Source of the DNA: Kiritimatiellia bacterium
GTDB lineage: Bacteria; Verrucomicrobiota; Kiritimatiellia; RFP12; UBA1067
Direction: 5' to 3'
Assembly (NCBI GenBank): GCA_050949565.1
Contig: JBMNFY010000002.1
Span: 1-64,000 of the forward strand
DNA: 64,000 bases
The notes beneath the pieces are model-generated. The model had not been told where the DNA came from. It worked only from the letters and a program-made list of their open reading frames with translations, and did not search any database. Of the stretch, positions 29,253 to 39,853 are shown one piece after another. Within the stretch, counting starts at the first letter, position 1, and each line of letters begins with the position of its first letter. The translations under genes and the position numbers were made by a program.

Positions 29253-32200
29253 CTAGGGTTGTTCTTCTGACCCGATGAGCTTGATGACCGTGCCGGTGCT
29301 GTGCGACGGCAAGCCTTCCACCACGTACAGCGCGTCCGCGCCATCGAAGGAGAAGAAGGCGTAACGGGCGTCGTTGGTGACCTCGAAACTGCGCATGGCG
29401 GTGAAGCTCACGCCGCCGAGCAGCGCCTTGATCTCGTCGGCGGTGAAAGCCTTCAACTGCGCCACGACAGACTTGCCGTCGTCGCTCAGCGCATAGACGC
29501 TCAACGCGCCGTCGTCGCACTGCACGAAGAGCAGCAACTCGCCGAGACCGACGCCAGCCACCTTGACGTTAGCGATACGGCCGGACACATCGTTGAGCAA
29601 CAGGCTCTCTGTGCCGGTCGCGGGATCAAGCACGTAGACGCTTGCGATACCGCCGTTGGTGACCACGCTCTCGCCGTAGTAGACAAGATCGGTGTCGCCG
29701 ATGCCGTACACGTTGATCGCGCTGAGCCCATTCACCGAGGTGGTGTACACCGCGTTGGAGATCAGGCTGATGCCGTTCGTGGTCAGCGAGCCGACATCCC
29801 ACTTGACGATCCGGTTGCGCGGTGCGCCGCTGCGGTTGTCGGTGTACAGGCTGGTGCCGTCGCGGCCAAAGTCCAACGTGTCGAACTGCACGGTCTGCGC
29901 ATCGGTCTGGATCACCGATGTATCGCCAGGCCATGACGCATCCAGCGCGAGGCTGGAACTGGCCAGCGGTGCGCCGCCGTTGCTGGTCAGCACGCGCAGG
30001 TCGCGGTTCGAGATGGCGCCGGACTTCCAGACGGGCGCTGCGCCGCATCCGGTCCAGATCTTCAGGTTGTCGATCTCGGCCTTGACCTTGTTGGAGGTCT
30101 TGAAGCAGATGGCATAGGCGTCCCAGCCGATGCGTTCGGCCCAGTAGCTCTGGTTCTGATCCATCTGCGAGACCAGCATGTCGTTGACGTAGACCGACGG
30201 CCCTTTTTCCATGGACATGTGGACACGCACAGTGAGGGTGATGTTGGTGTAGTTGTAGTACAGCACGTTGTTGTTGGCGGGCGTGTAGTAGGGCTTACCG
30301 TACAGCATATACATCATGGAGTTCTGTCCGGTTGCATTGAACGGCCAAGTGTTTTTGTTGTAAAGCTCCCACTTGTTGTTGTTGTGCCGGATCTGGTTGT
30401 AACCCTCGCCGCGGATACGCACGTCGACCGTGTTGTAGACGTTCGAGCCGGTGTAGTTGCACAGGATGGCCACATAACGGAAGTTGTTGGTACTCGCGCC
30501 TAGGTATGTGACGTCATACTGGTACGAGTAGTCATTCGTGCAGTAGGCCCGCATGTAATCGCTGGGCTTGATGATCATGTACGAATCATTGGAGGTGCCA
30601 ATGGTTTCCGACAAGTTATCCGTCGTGAGCTTGCCGCCTTGGATGGAGTACTTCGCCGTATGCGTGAGGCCGTTAAGCGGCGCAGCGGGCGTTTCCACGA
30701 TGTCCCAGCCGAGCGCCTGCTCGACCGCAGCGTTGTCCAAGGCCTCAATGCCGTCGAAATCCTGCTCGTAGATCATCGTGCCGGCGGGCACGGGCGGCTG
30801 GATGGGCTGCGGGCAGCATCCGGTCCAGACCATGAGGTTGTCGATCTCGGCCTTGATGTCACGCGAGGTCTTGAAGCAGATCGCATAGGCCATGTCTCTC
30901 AACGCGGGCCAGTTCTGGGTGTTGGCCGCCATCTTCGAGACCAGCATGTTGTTCACATAGACGGTGGGGCCGTGCTCTCGGGACATCTCCACACGCACCG
31001 TCACGGTCTTGTCTTTGAGACCGCGCTGATCAGCCGACGTGTACTGTTCCCCGAAGAGCCGGTAGAGCATGGAGTTGGTACCGGTCGCGCGCAGCGGGCA
31101 GGTGGTGTTGTTGTAGTGCGGCCAATTGCCACCGATACGGGCTTGATTGAAGCCGTCACCGCGTATACGCAGATCCACGGTGTTGTAGACGTTGGTGCCG
31201 GTGTAGTTGCAGAGCAGCGACACATAGCGGAAACCGTCGTGGGACGTGTCTCGGTAGGTGAGGTCATACTGGTAGGTATAGTCGTTGGTGCAGTAGGCCC
31301 GCATGAAGTCGCTGGACTTGATGAGTGCGTACGAATCGTTGGAGTTAGCGTCTTTGTAGGCCTTGAGGTTATCAGTAACCAGTTTGCCACCGGAGATCGT
31401 ATAGGTCGCGGTGTTCGTCAGTCCTGGCGGGGTGTTTTCAACTATCTGCCAGCCGAGAGCGTCGAGGGTCTCGGCGGTCGTGGTGGTCTCGATGCCGTCG
31501 AAGTCCTCGTGGTAGATCAGCGTTCCGTCGGGGACGCCGGCAGTGATCGGGGCGACCTCATCGGCGCAGCCCGCCATCGTCAGGCGCGAAATGTCATAGA
31601 GGTAGGCCGGGGCGGTCTTGCCGGTGCCGGAGGGCAAGAACAGATAGCTGTCCCCCGCGTCTTTGTTGAGATACTGCGGGTTAGTGACCGAGATCTCCTC
31701 CTTGAGCTTCAGGGAGGGCCGTTTGTACCAGGCCTGTTTCTGGACCGGCGGTGTCCACAGCACATGCAGGCAGATATTGTCGTTACCGCCGGCTGCGGCA
31801 GAGGGCGGGTTCAGCATAAACGCAAAGCGTTCGTCGTTCGTCACTTCAAAGTTGCGGATACGCGCTAGAGCCGGATCGCCGACGAGCGTTTTGATTTCGG
31901 CGGAGGTGAAGCTCTTGACCAAGCCGCCTACGGATTTGCCGTCGGCATTCAGCGTGTAGATAAACAGCGCACCGTCGTCGCACTGGACATAGAGGTGCAT
32001 CTGCCGCCCGGGCACGTTGCCGCCGACTTTGACATTCATGATATCCAAATTTGCACCGGTAACGCCCGCTTCGCCGGTACGGTCCAGTGTGGTCAGTACG
32101 GTTTCTTCCATCTTGTCGAAATCATAGACACAGATCTTGCGCGGGACGACTCCCAGTGCGTTATCGCCCTCGCCGTAGTAGACCAAGTCCTTGCCGGCGA

Positions 32201-32862
32201 TCGCATAAACGCTGACGTTGCGGACACGGCTGAGCGAGGTGAACGCAACAGCGTTGGTCGTGAGTCCGATACCGCTGCTGATCAGGTTGGTGACATTCCA
32301 CTTGACGATCGTCGTACGTCGCGGGATGGCCGAATCATCGCTCTTGTAGACGTCCGAGTACAGATGTTCGCCGGAAGGGCTGAAGGTACAACCGTCAAAA
32401 TAGACCTTGGTCGGATCGTTGGTGACATTGAAGGTGTTGATGTCCTTGAGCCACGGCGCCGTCACGGGGAAACTGGTGTGGTCCGGCTGCGTGCCGGTCT
32501 GTCCGGTCAGTACTCGGCGCAGGCGGGAGGAGACGGCGACGCCTTTCCAGACGGTACCCCAAAAGTCACCGGTGTTGCCTTGGGCGATCGGGGCGACATC
32601 GTTCGATGACGCAGCGGCGGTCAGCGCCGGGATGCTGTAAAGATAAGCAGTACCACCACCTGATCCGGTCACTAGGGCGAGGTACTGGTCAGGCCTCATC
32701 CTTGCTCATGTAGTGAGGGTCCATTGCAATACTGCCGACCAGCTTTTCATCATATTTCAGGGCGGGGGCTTCCCACCAAAGACTGGCCTGAGCCAAATTT
32801 CCTGCCAGCAAGCCGCATATTCCTAGCACCCACACGATGCGGGTCATTGACGTCATGTTCAT
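29253..32862 (-). CDS. Large secreted protein with duplicated propeller-like module and two inserted lectin-like domains; +1 frameshift near 32692
   Basis: ATG 32862 with GAAAGGA RBS encodes signal peptide MNMTSMTRIVWVLGICGLLAGNLAQA..HYMSKDEA. It joins DQYLAL of the 29253-32699 ORF if one base is removed, and aligns with the second internal module. Confidence 0.75.
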
Positions 32863-32949
32863 ATCCATCCTTTCGTTTTGAGGGCTCCGTCACAAGTCCT
32901 TGTTGCGAACGTGAACCGGTCATTCCGACCACAAACCCACCAATATCCC

Positions 32950-32997
32950 CCTAGTATGGCATCATCCTAGTATGGCATCATCTGAGATTGGGTGCAA
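32950..32997 (-). promoter_or_regulatory. sigma70 promoter with 16-bp tandem duplication of the -10 region
   Basis: TTGCAC-17-CATACT on the minus strand; cctagtatggcatcat x2 at 32950-32981. Confidence 0.55.
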
Positions 32998-33012
32998 TCG
33001 AAATCCCCCAAA

Positions 33013-34089
33013 TCACATCTCTTTGAACCAGTCTTCGGCCGAGAGGTTGGTTACGGTGTTCTGGGGTTTTGGAGGCTGTTCGGTCAGGTTGCGTTTTTCG
33101 TCGGCTGTTAGAACGCGTCCCGCTACCAGCAGGTCACCGGTTTGAAACAAGACTCTGACAGCTCGCACCCGTTCCCATCGGAACTGTGAACTCAGGCAAA
33201 TCGGGATGTCGGCGGCCATCATGCCCGGCGCGATCATGCGGGGCTCGGTCAATCTTTGGCGCATCTGATCGTCTAGGGCCGAAAGACGCAGCAAGGGTTT
33301 GACGTCCATGCTTGGGACCTCTTCACCGGATTCCAGCAGTAGCGTCACGCGCGTACGCGCCAACGTTACCGGTTGCGGGTTGCCAAGGTTGATGATGGTC
33401 AATGTGGCATAAGTGACCGGCTCGCTGGTGTTCCGGTTGAAGGCGCGTGACTCGGCGGCGTTCTCCTCGAATGACGTCAAGACAACCTGCACACCGTTGC
33501 TCAGGCTCTCGCCGTACCAGCCCGGCTTGAACAGTGAGCGGTCTTCGTCGTCCAGATGAGGGGTGCGGGATGCGGCGGGACCGGGTGAGTCTATGCGGCC
33601 GCCAGGAGCCTGTTGCTTGTACATGTTGACCGCAGCCAAGACCAGCACGAGCAGGCTGGCCGGCACGCCGACCAGCAGACGGTTACGCACACGGCGGCTC
33701 CAGCGGGTTAACTGGACGACTTGCGCGTATCCGCCGGTCGCGAGGGCCGCGACAGCAAACAGGCCCGCGAGAAGGCTCAGCGCAAAGAGCGGCGGCTCTT
33801 GGTTCGAGTGGGCGATCAGTTCCGCGATTACGGTGACCATGAACGCGAGAGAGGCAGCCATGACACACAGTGCTGAAGCGTTACGCCCATTGGTGCTGCT
33901 GCGGGAACTACTACGGTGACGCGAGGAACTGCTCCTTTCGCTGTGCCGGTGCCGATCACTGGTGTGCGTCCGGCCGTGCTCAGCGGTCGCGTGCGAGGAG
34001 GAACGGCGGCGCGAAGCATCTTCACGCGAATGCCGGTGCTCCCGTCGGTGTGTGCTGTGCGTGCGGCGATGGAGGCGGGGCATGCTCAT
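33013..34089 (-). CDS. Hypothetical membrane protein with Arg/His/Ser-rich N-terminus
   Basis: Low-complexity basic N-terminus, 3 TM segments, soluble C-terminal domain; ATGA overlap with larC. Confidence 0.7.
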   Translation of the reverse strand: MSMPRLHRRTHSTHRREHRHSREDASRRRSSSHATAEHGRTHTSDRHRHSERSSSSRHRSSSRSSTNGRNASALCVMAASLAFMVTVIAELIAHSNQEPPLFALSLLAGLFAVAALATGGYAQVVQLTRWSRRVRNRLLVGVPASLLVLVLAAVNMYKQQAPGGRIDSPGPAASRTPHLDDEDRSLFKPGWYGESLSNGVQVVLTSFEENAAESRAFNRNTSEPVTYATLTIINLGNPQPVTLARTRVTLLLESGEEVPSMDVKPLLRLSALDDQMRQRLTEPRMIAPGMMAADIPICLSSQFRWERVRAVRVLFQTGDLLVAGRVLTADEKRNLTEQPPKPQNTVTNLSAEDWFKEM

Positions 34090-35474
34090 GTCGCTGAGTT
34101 CGTTCCGTGAGGATCGGGGTACGTGTCAATGGTGCAGGCGGCTTTAGCCGCGTCGTAAACCTGCCGCGGGGCGATCTGGTGTTCGCGCGCGAGCGCGGCG
34201 CAGGCCTCGTGTTCCGGCGCGATGGTGATCGGGCGGCCCTGAAGCGAACCGATCTTGACGGGCACCAGCCCCCACGGGGTGGTCACTTGCTCGATACGCC
34301 GTTCCAGTTCGTCGCGCTGGACAGTCCGGCGGCGGACTCCGAAGGTGGTGGTGGCGCGGAAGATCCATTCGCACAGTGCGTCGGCACGCGTAGCGTCGGT
34401 CAGTACGCTGAGCACCGTGCCGGGGCGTCCCTTTTTCATCACGGCGGGCGTGTGCCAGACATCCAGAGCTCCGCGTTCCAGCAGGTCGGCGGTCAATGCG
34501 CCCAACCATTCGGGGTTGCAGTCGTCAAGATTGCTCTCCAACACCAGCAGGTCACGCGCGGCGGGAGCGTCGGCCGCTGTCCCGGCGAGCAGTGTGGCGC
34601 GCAGGACATTCGGGCGGCTGTTCAGCGTGTGCGAACCGAAGCCGAACGCGCTGCGGACCACCGTGGCTGTGGTCGGTACTGGATCGAGCGCACGGGTCCA
34701 GACGCGAAGCAGGGCGGCGCCGGTGGGCGTGACGAGTTCGAAGGGTTCGTCGGTCTGTGTGACCGTCATGCCGGCGAGCAGGTGTTGGGTGGCGGGGGCG
34801 GGGTTGGGCATCTCGCCGTGGGCGCAGCGGATGGTGCCGATGCCGGCAGGCAACGGACCGCAAGTAACACCGCTCACACCGAGTTGGTCGAGCGCGAGGC
34901 AGGCACCGACGATATCGGCAACCGAATCCCAGGCACCGACTTCATGGAAGTGGACGGTCTCTGGGGTTTTTCCGTGGATGGCGGCTTCAGATTCCGCCAA
35001 CGTCTGAAAGACCTTAAGGGCGAGGTCGCGCGCACGTTCCGGCAGCGGGGCGTCGGTCAGCAGGCGGGTGATCTCGGTCAGCCCGCGATGCGTGTGGTCA
35101 TGGGGGTGGGCGTGTTCGTGCCCGTGGTGGTGCTCATGGTCGTGCCCGTGGTGGTGCTCATGGTCGTGGGCGTGGTTGTGTCCATGATCGTGATGTTTGT
35201 GGGAATGCACGTGATCGTGCCCGTGTCCGTGGCTGTCCGCATCGGGCCAGAACGTCTCATCGTGATGCGGGTGGTGCGCGGCATGGACCGAGACGCGCAA
35301 ACCGTTTAGACCCGCGTCGCTGGCGGGTTCGATATGGAAGTGCAACGGCTCGGGGAAAAACGCGCCGATCGTCTGCTCGATCGCTTGCATGTCCGCGCCC
35401 AAGGCGGCCAATGCCGAGAGAATCATGTCGCCGCTGGCACCGCCGACACTGTCAAACCGCAGGAAGTGTTTCAT
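34086..35474 (-). CDS. larC: Nickel pincer cofactor biosynthesis protein LarC
   Basis: GASGDM, His-rich insert, VHFHEVGA.DS.ADIVG, ELVTPTGAA, NLDD, MKKGRPG and TTFGVR. Confidence 0.94.
   Translation of the reverse strand: MKHFLRFDSVGGASGDMILSALAALGADMQAIEQTIGAFFPEPLHFHIEPASDAGLNGLRVSVHAAHHPHHDETFWPDADSHGHGHDHVHSHKHHDHGHNHAHDHEHHHGHDHEHHHGHEHAHPHDHTHRGLTEITRLLTDAPLPERARDLALKVFQTLAESEAAIHGKTPETVHFHEVGAWDSVADIVGACLALDQLGVSGVTCGPLPAGIGTIRCAHGEMPNPAPATQHLLAGMTVTQTDEPFELVTPTGAALLRVWTRALDPVPTTATVVRSAFGFGSHTLNSRPNVLRATLLAGTAADAPAARDLLVLESNLDDCNPEWLGALTADLLERGALDVWHTPAVMKKGRPGTVLSVLTDATRADALCEWIFRATTTFGVRRRTVQRDELERRIEQVTTPWGLVPVKIGSLQGRPITIAPEHEACAALAREHQIAPRQVYDAAKAACTIDTYPDPHGTNSAT
35117..35168. 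repeat. 24-bp in-frame tandem duplication in the LarC His tract
   Basis: cgtgcccgtggtggtgctcatggt x2 (encodes DHEHHHGH). Confidence 0.85.
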
Positions 35475-35480
35475 GCCTGT

Positions 35481-35509
35481 AGCTTAACGGGGCGGCGCGG
35501 TAGGATCAA
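35481..35509 (-). promoter_or_regulatory. sigma70 promoter for probable leaderless larC mRNA
   Basis: TTGATC-17-TAAGCT, then 6 nt, then ATG; no SD. Confidence 0.6.
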
Positions 35510-35624
35510 TCCCAAAAAAGGAGGAATTAGGAATTAGGATTTAGGAGGTTTGGACGCTGAGAGTCGAGCGTTTCTTATCCCTTCCGGTACTGCAAGTCAG
35601 GCGAACGGATTTTGCGCCGGTATC

Positions 35625-38348
35625 TTACTCTCCATCGAGGGACGATTCGATGAAGCGCAGATTCACGCGCAGCGGAACCGGTTCCGTGTTGTCCGAGGTG
35701 AAGGACACGCCCACGGTGTCACCCTTTGCAAACGACGCGCGCGGGATATCCTCGAGGTCCACTTCGCGCAGTAACTCGTGGCGCGCGTTGTAGACGGTCG
35801 CTAGCGAAACCCGGTGTGGAATCGTCACATACTCGCCAGATGCGAGTGTGGTTTTTATGCGGATCTTGCTGCGGCGATTGCCCCAGCAGTAGTGCGCTAC
35901 CGGGTTGACCACCGGGCTACTGTTTTCGGGCACACGCATGACGAAAAGCGGCACGGTCATCGCCCATTTGCGGTTGTCGACCGGCGACGTAACCTCGAAA
36001 TCCACCGGTTTCGCCGACACCCCCGCCGTGAGGTCGTCCGTGATGCACCAGCGTTCGCACTGCCCGGAGGCGTGGACCCACTCCCGGTCGATCGAGCGCG
36101 GCATCACGGCGGTGCCTGCGCCGAACGCCTTGACCGGTGCTGCGGAAGCGGGCAACTCCTCAAACCGGTCGCCCTTCCATCTGCGCACGAAAGAAAGCGT
36201 AAACTTTCCGCCCTCCCGTTTCAGTTCCCACAGCGTGTCTGTCTGGCGCATGAGCCGCTTTTCACTTTCGGTGAACGCGCCGACACGGCGGGCATCCTCC
36301 CACAGGCGGATGCGCTCGCACTTCTCGTAAGTCTTCGGCAGACCGAACTGGAAGTCCACGCCCGCATCGTGACCGGCGGCGAACGCCATGATCCAGTCGA
36401 TGTCCTCGAGTGAGCAGGAATCGGGATAATACTGGCCGAGCTTGTTCGGATAGTTATTGCGGCGCAGGTCCAGTTGGTGTTGGAGGCGCGTTTCAAGCTG
36501 CGAGCCGCGAATGCCGCGTTTCAGGTCGTGTTCGCCCCAGCTTTGGGTGGTGAAGATATGCCAGGTGTAGTGCGTCATCCGGCTGCCGACGAACGTCACG
36601 TTCTCCTTGGGCAGGTGGTCGAAGATCGTCCGGATAAAGCGATTGACGGAGTAGTTGCTGTTGCCGCTACGGTCCGCACACTCCACACCGTCGAGGATGA
36701 TGTTACCCATGCCGCCCCGCTTCGCGGCAGCGGCGATGTTCACTGCCACCTCGCCGATCATTTCGTCGGTGCCGGGCATCAGGGAGTCGTAATGGTCATA
36801 GCCGTCCAGCCGCGTCACCCGCGTTCCGACCGGATGCGCCCGGATCGTGCTGCCGTAGAAACCTCGCTCGCAGTCACCTAACACGACCTCGGTATCGTTG
36901 GTCGCCGCGGTGCGGTACACGACCAGTTCCCCGTCGATGTCGAGAAAACGGCGCGGCGTGGGCCGGTTCCCCAAGCTTTTTACCTTCTCGTCTACGATTT
37001 CCGCATTGATCACGAAGAGCGAGAAAGTCTTCGGGTTCTTGGCGAGGCGGATTTCGTTATCTGCCACGCCCGCCGGGAGTGGCGGATCAGCCCAGAAGAC
37101 ATAATTGAAGGTGTCGCGCGTCTTCACACCCTCCGGGCCGGGGAGCGCGCGCGTGAGTGTGGTCGTGGTATCTACATAGCGGTTGAAACGCGGGTCGAGC
37201 TTCGGAGCGATGAACGGCTCCGGCAGCCGGAATGCGCGCGTGAAGGTGGAGAGCGTGTAGGCCGTGGTGCGGATACCGTGCGCGCGCGCCTTGTCCGAGC
37301 ATGTTTTCAAGCCTTCCCATCCAGCTTTGAAGGCGACGGGATCGGGCTCGAAATGGCCCCAGTTACCGAAGCAGTTGTAGCGTGAGAGCACGCGGATGCC
37401 GGTGACGCGGGCGGCCTTGATCCAGGCGTCAATAGAGGTGTCGTCGTAATTGACCCAGAAGGCCGACTCATTCGCGCGCGGCGATTTCTTGGCCCACACG
37501 CCGTCGATTGTCGGATACGGCAGACCTTCAGCGCGGACGATCTCCTCCACGAGATCCAACTCGCGGTCTTTGGTCGGGTCGGCGACGCCCCACAATGCGA
37601 TCGCCCCGCCGACCGTTCCTGCCTCCTTTGCTGGCGCAGAGATGAAGTGGCCGTAATTGTAACGTACCGGCCGCGTGTGATCGATCGTCGAGAGCGTCAG
37701 CATGCCGCCGGGTTTCTCGCCATCGCAAAAACAGGCGGCGCGATCATTGCCATCCGTGCCGATGCCGAGCGAAAGCGCACCGATGGCAAAATCCTTGTTC
37801 CGCACGACACCGAGATACCGGCCCACCGTATCGTGGAGCGTGGTGGGGTACGGCCCCCAATTCACGACGGCGATGCCGACGGGCGATGTCGCCTCCACAA
37901 TTTCCAGCCGCAGATAGCGGCCCCGGTTTTCGATCCGGACCGAGACCGCCGCATCGTTGTCAAACTCGATTCCCCAGACCTTGCCCTTCCCGCGCGCCCC
38001 GACAATGGGCACCATCCGCTTAGGCACGAGCGTTTGGCCGGACACCTTCCAGCACTCCCCGTCCTTCTCGTACTCCCGAATGGTGATGAGAAACCCGGGT
38101 TCATCCGGGTGCAGGCGGTTCACACCGGCACCGGAAAGCTCGGTGATCCGGCCGGAACCGTCCACCGCGATACCGAGTCCGGTAGACGTCTTTTCCCGCA
38201 ACGTTTCGGACGCGACGGCAACGCCAACTGCGAGAGTGGCCATCGTGATAACTGTGACGAGTTGTTTCATACGAATCATTCCGCGCGCATAAAGCCCGAT
38301 CAACAATATCCCGACAGAGCAAAGCATATGCAGCGTTCCTGGTTTCAT
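35625..38348 (-). CDS. Large secreted hypothetical protein, probably glycoside-hydrolase-like
   Basis: 907 aa; signal-like N-terminus; AAGGAG RBS; central alpha/beta region (NIILDGVE, WGE). Confidence 0.7.
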   Translation of the reverse strand: MKPGTLHMLCSVGILLIGLYARGMIRMKQLVTVITMATLAVGVAVASETLREKTSTGLGIAVDGSGRITELSGAGVNRLHPDEPGFLITIREYEKDGECWKVSGQTLVPKRMVPIVGARGKGKVWGIEFDNDAAVSVRIENRGRYLRLEIVEATSPVGIAVVNWGPYPTTLHDTVGRYLGVVRNKDFAIGALSLGIGTDGNDRAACFCDGEKPGGMLTLSTIDHTRPVRYNYGHFISAPAKEAGTVGGAIALWGVADPTKDRELDLVEEIVRAEGLPYPTIDGVWAKKSPRANESAFWVNYDDTSIDAWIKAARVTGIRVLSRYNCFGNWGHFEPDPVAFKAGWEGLKTCSDKARAHGIRTTAYTLSTFTRAFRLPEPFIAPKLDPRFNRYVDTTTTLTRALPGPEGVKTRDTFNYVFWADPPLPAGVADNEIRLAKNPKTFSLFVINAEIVDEKVKSLGNRPTPRRFLDIDGELVVYRTAATNDTEVVLGDCERGFYGSTIRAHPVGTRVTRLDGYDHYDSLMPGTDEMIGEVAVNIAAAAKRGGMGNIILDGVECADRSGNSNYSVNRFIRTIFDHLPKENVTFVGSRMTHYTWHIFTTQSWGEHDLKRGIRGSQLETRLQHQLDLRRNNYPNKLGQYYPDSCSLEDIDWIMAFAAGHDAGVDFQFGLPKTYEKCERIRLWEDARRVGAFTESEKRLMRQTDTLWELKREGGKFTLSFVRRWKGDRFEELPASAAPVKAFGAGTAVMPRSIDREWVHASGQCERWCITDDLTAGVSAKPVDFEVTSPVDNRKWAMTVPLFVMRVPENSSPVVNPVAHYCWGNRRSKIRIKTTLASGEYVTIPHRVSLATVYNARHELLREVDLEDIPRASFAKGDTVGVSFTSDNTEPVPLRVNLRFIESSLDGE

Positions 38349-38374
38349 CTACGTGCTCTCCTTCTGTCTTTGGG

Positions 38375-38515
38375 CACTCACTCTCAAAAAGCGGCGTCGT
38401 GCAGAATACTGCTTGTCTCCAAATTCGTTAGCCAGACTTGCGAGAACGCTCAAAGTTCAACGAAAAAGCGTCGCGCCGCTGTGCCATTCCGACACTCAGC
38501 GATGCGACGCCTTTT
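38375..38515. repeat. Degenerate REP family (aaagcggcgtcg...ctccaaa)
   Basis: Shares aaagcgg..cttgtctccaaa and gcaagtctggc with 45440-45575. Confidence 0.55.
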
Positions 38516-38541
38516 AGCAATCTACGGCTAATCAAAGACCG

Positions 38542-39655
38542 TTACTTCGCGCTTTTGTTCGTGCCGCGGCCTTTGGTGCCGGCCGCCTTGGCGGCGTTGG
38601 CCTTGGCCTTTTCGCACGGACGCAGCTTGCGCACGGCCGCGCCGGCCTGCCACATCTCGGATTCGCGCATCGCCTTCAACTCGGCATCCAGCTTATCCTT
38701 GTAGTCGGGAGTACCGCAGGCCTTGATCACGCGGCGTGCCTCCTTCTGGCTCTTAACGGCCTCGTAGAGATCCTTAAAGACCGGCATGACCGCCTTCTTG
38801 AACTTCGGCCGCCAGTCGAGCGCACCGCGCTGCGCCGTCGCCGAACAGTTGCAATACATCCAGTCCATGCCGTTCTCATCGACCAGGCGGATGAGGCTCT
38901 GGGTGAGTTCCTCGACCGTCTCGTTGAAGGCTTCGGAGGGGCTGTGGCCGTTTTTGCGCAGCACATCGTACTGGGCTTCCATGATAGCCGCCAACGCACC
39001 CATCAGCGCACCGCGCTCGCCGACCAAGTCAGAGGTGACCTCGTGCTCGAAGGTGGTTTCGAAGAGGTAGCCGGAGCCGATCGCGATACCGATCGACAGC
39101 GCGCGGTCGCGCGCTTTGCCGGTCGCGTCCTCCGCCTATGGCGTAGCTGGAGTTGATGCCGACACCCGCGAGGAAGTTGCGGCGCACCGAGGTGCCCGAA
39201 CCCTTCGGAGCGACCATGATCACATCGACCCCTTTACCGGGCTTAACGCCCGTCAGATTGTTGTAGATGTAGCCGAAGCCGTGGGAGAAGTAAAGCGCCT
39301 TGCCTTCGGTCATGAAGGGCGCGATACGCGGCCACACCTGCTTGATCGCGGCGTCGTTGACCAGCATCATGATGATCGTGGCCTTTTCGCAAGCCTCTTC
39401 AATATCGAAGAGCGTCTTGCCCGGCTTGAAGCCGTCCTTCACCGCGCGGTTCCAGTCGGTTTCGAACCGCTTGTCCTGCCCGATGATGACCTCGATGCCG
39501 TTATCGCGCATGTTGAGCGACTGCGCCGGACCCTGCACGCCATAGCCGATGACAGCGATGACCTCGTCCTTGAGATGTTTCTGCGCTTTCTTCAACGGAT
39601 ATTCTTTACGTGTGGTAACGTCCTCTACAACACCGCCAAAATCGATCTTTGCCAT
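38542..39655 (-). pseudogene. ilvC: Ketol-acid reductoisomerase with +1 frameshift at about 39135 (probably a sequencing error)
   Basis: IGYGVQG, FSHGF, VAPKGSG, then SDLVGERG.LMG and NCS.TAQRGALDW; removing one G gives YAIAEDATGKA and fuses the two ORFs. Confidence 0.93.
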
Positions 39656-39785
39656 ATCAATTACTCCTCGGTTTGAATGCCGCCCGTGCTGTCCGTCCCA
39701 GACAATGGCACCACAAGGCGTGAAAACGAACGTGTATCATAACACCTTGCGTCCGTGGTGCAAGTGCTTTGTTTGCGATGGCGCG

Positions 39786-39815
39786 TTGACTTGATCTTCC
39801 CCGGAAGGATATACT
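39786..39815 (+). promoter_or_regulatory. Putative sigma70 promoter
   Basis: TTGACT-18-TATACT. Confidence 0.5.
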
Positions 39816-39853
39816 TAATGCCTGAAGGGAACGGTGTTTTCACATCGGCTGTC

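Noticed and set aside
30042-31526. DGR or gene-conversion cassette in the B1/B2 repeats
   Set aside because: Both copies are in frame within one CDS and differ at all base types, consistent with an old domain duplication.
32700-33012. IS remnant or riboswitch truncating the 29253 gene
   Set aside because: The region encodes the missing signal peptide plus RBS and promoter; a +1 indel explains the break.
39125-39145. Programmed frameshifting in ilvC
   Set aside because: No slippery heptamer or stimulatory structure; it is one of several local indels best explained as errors.
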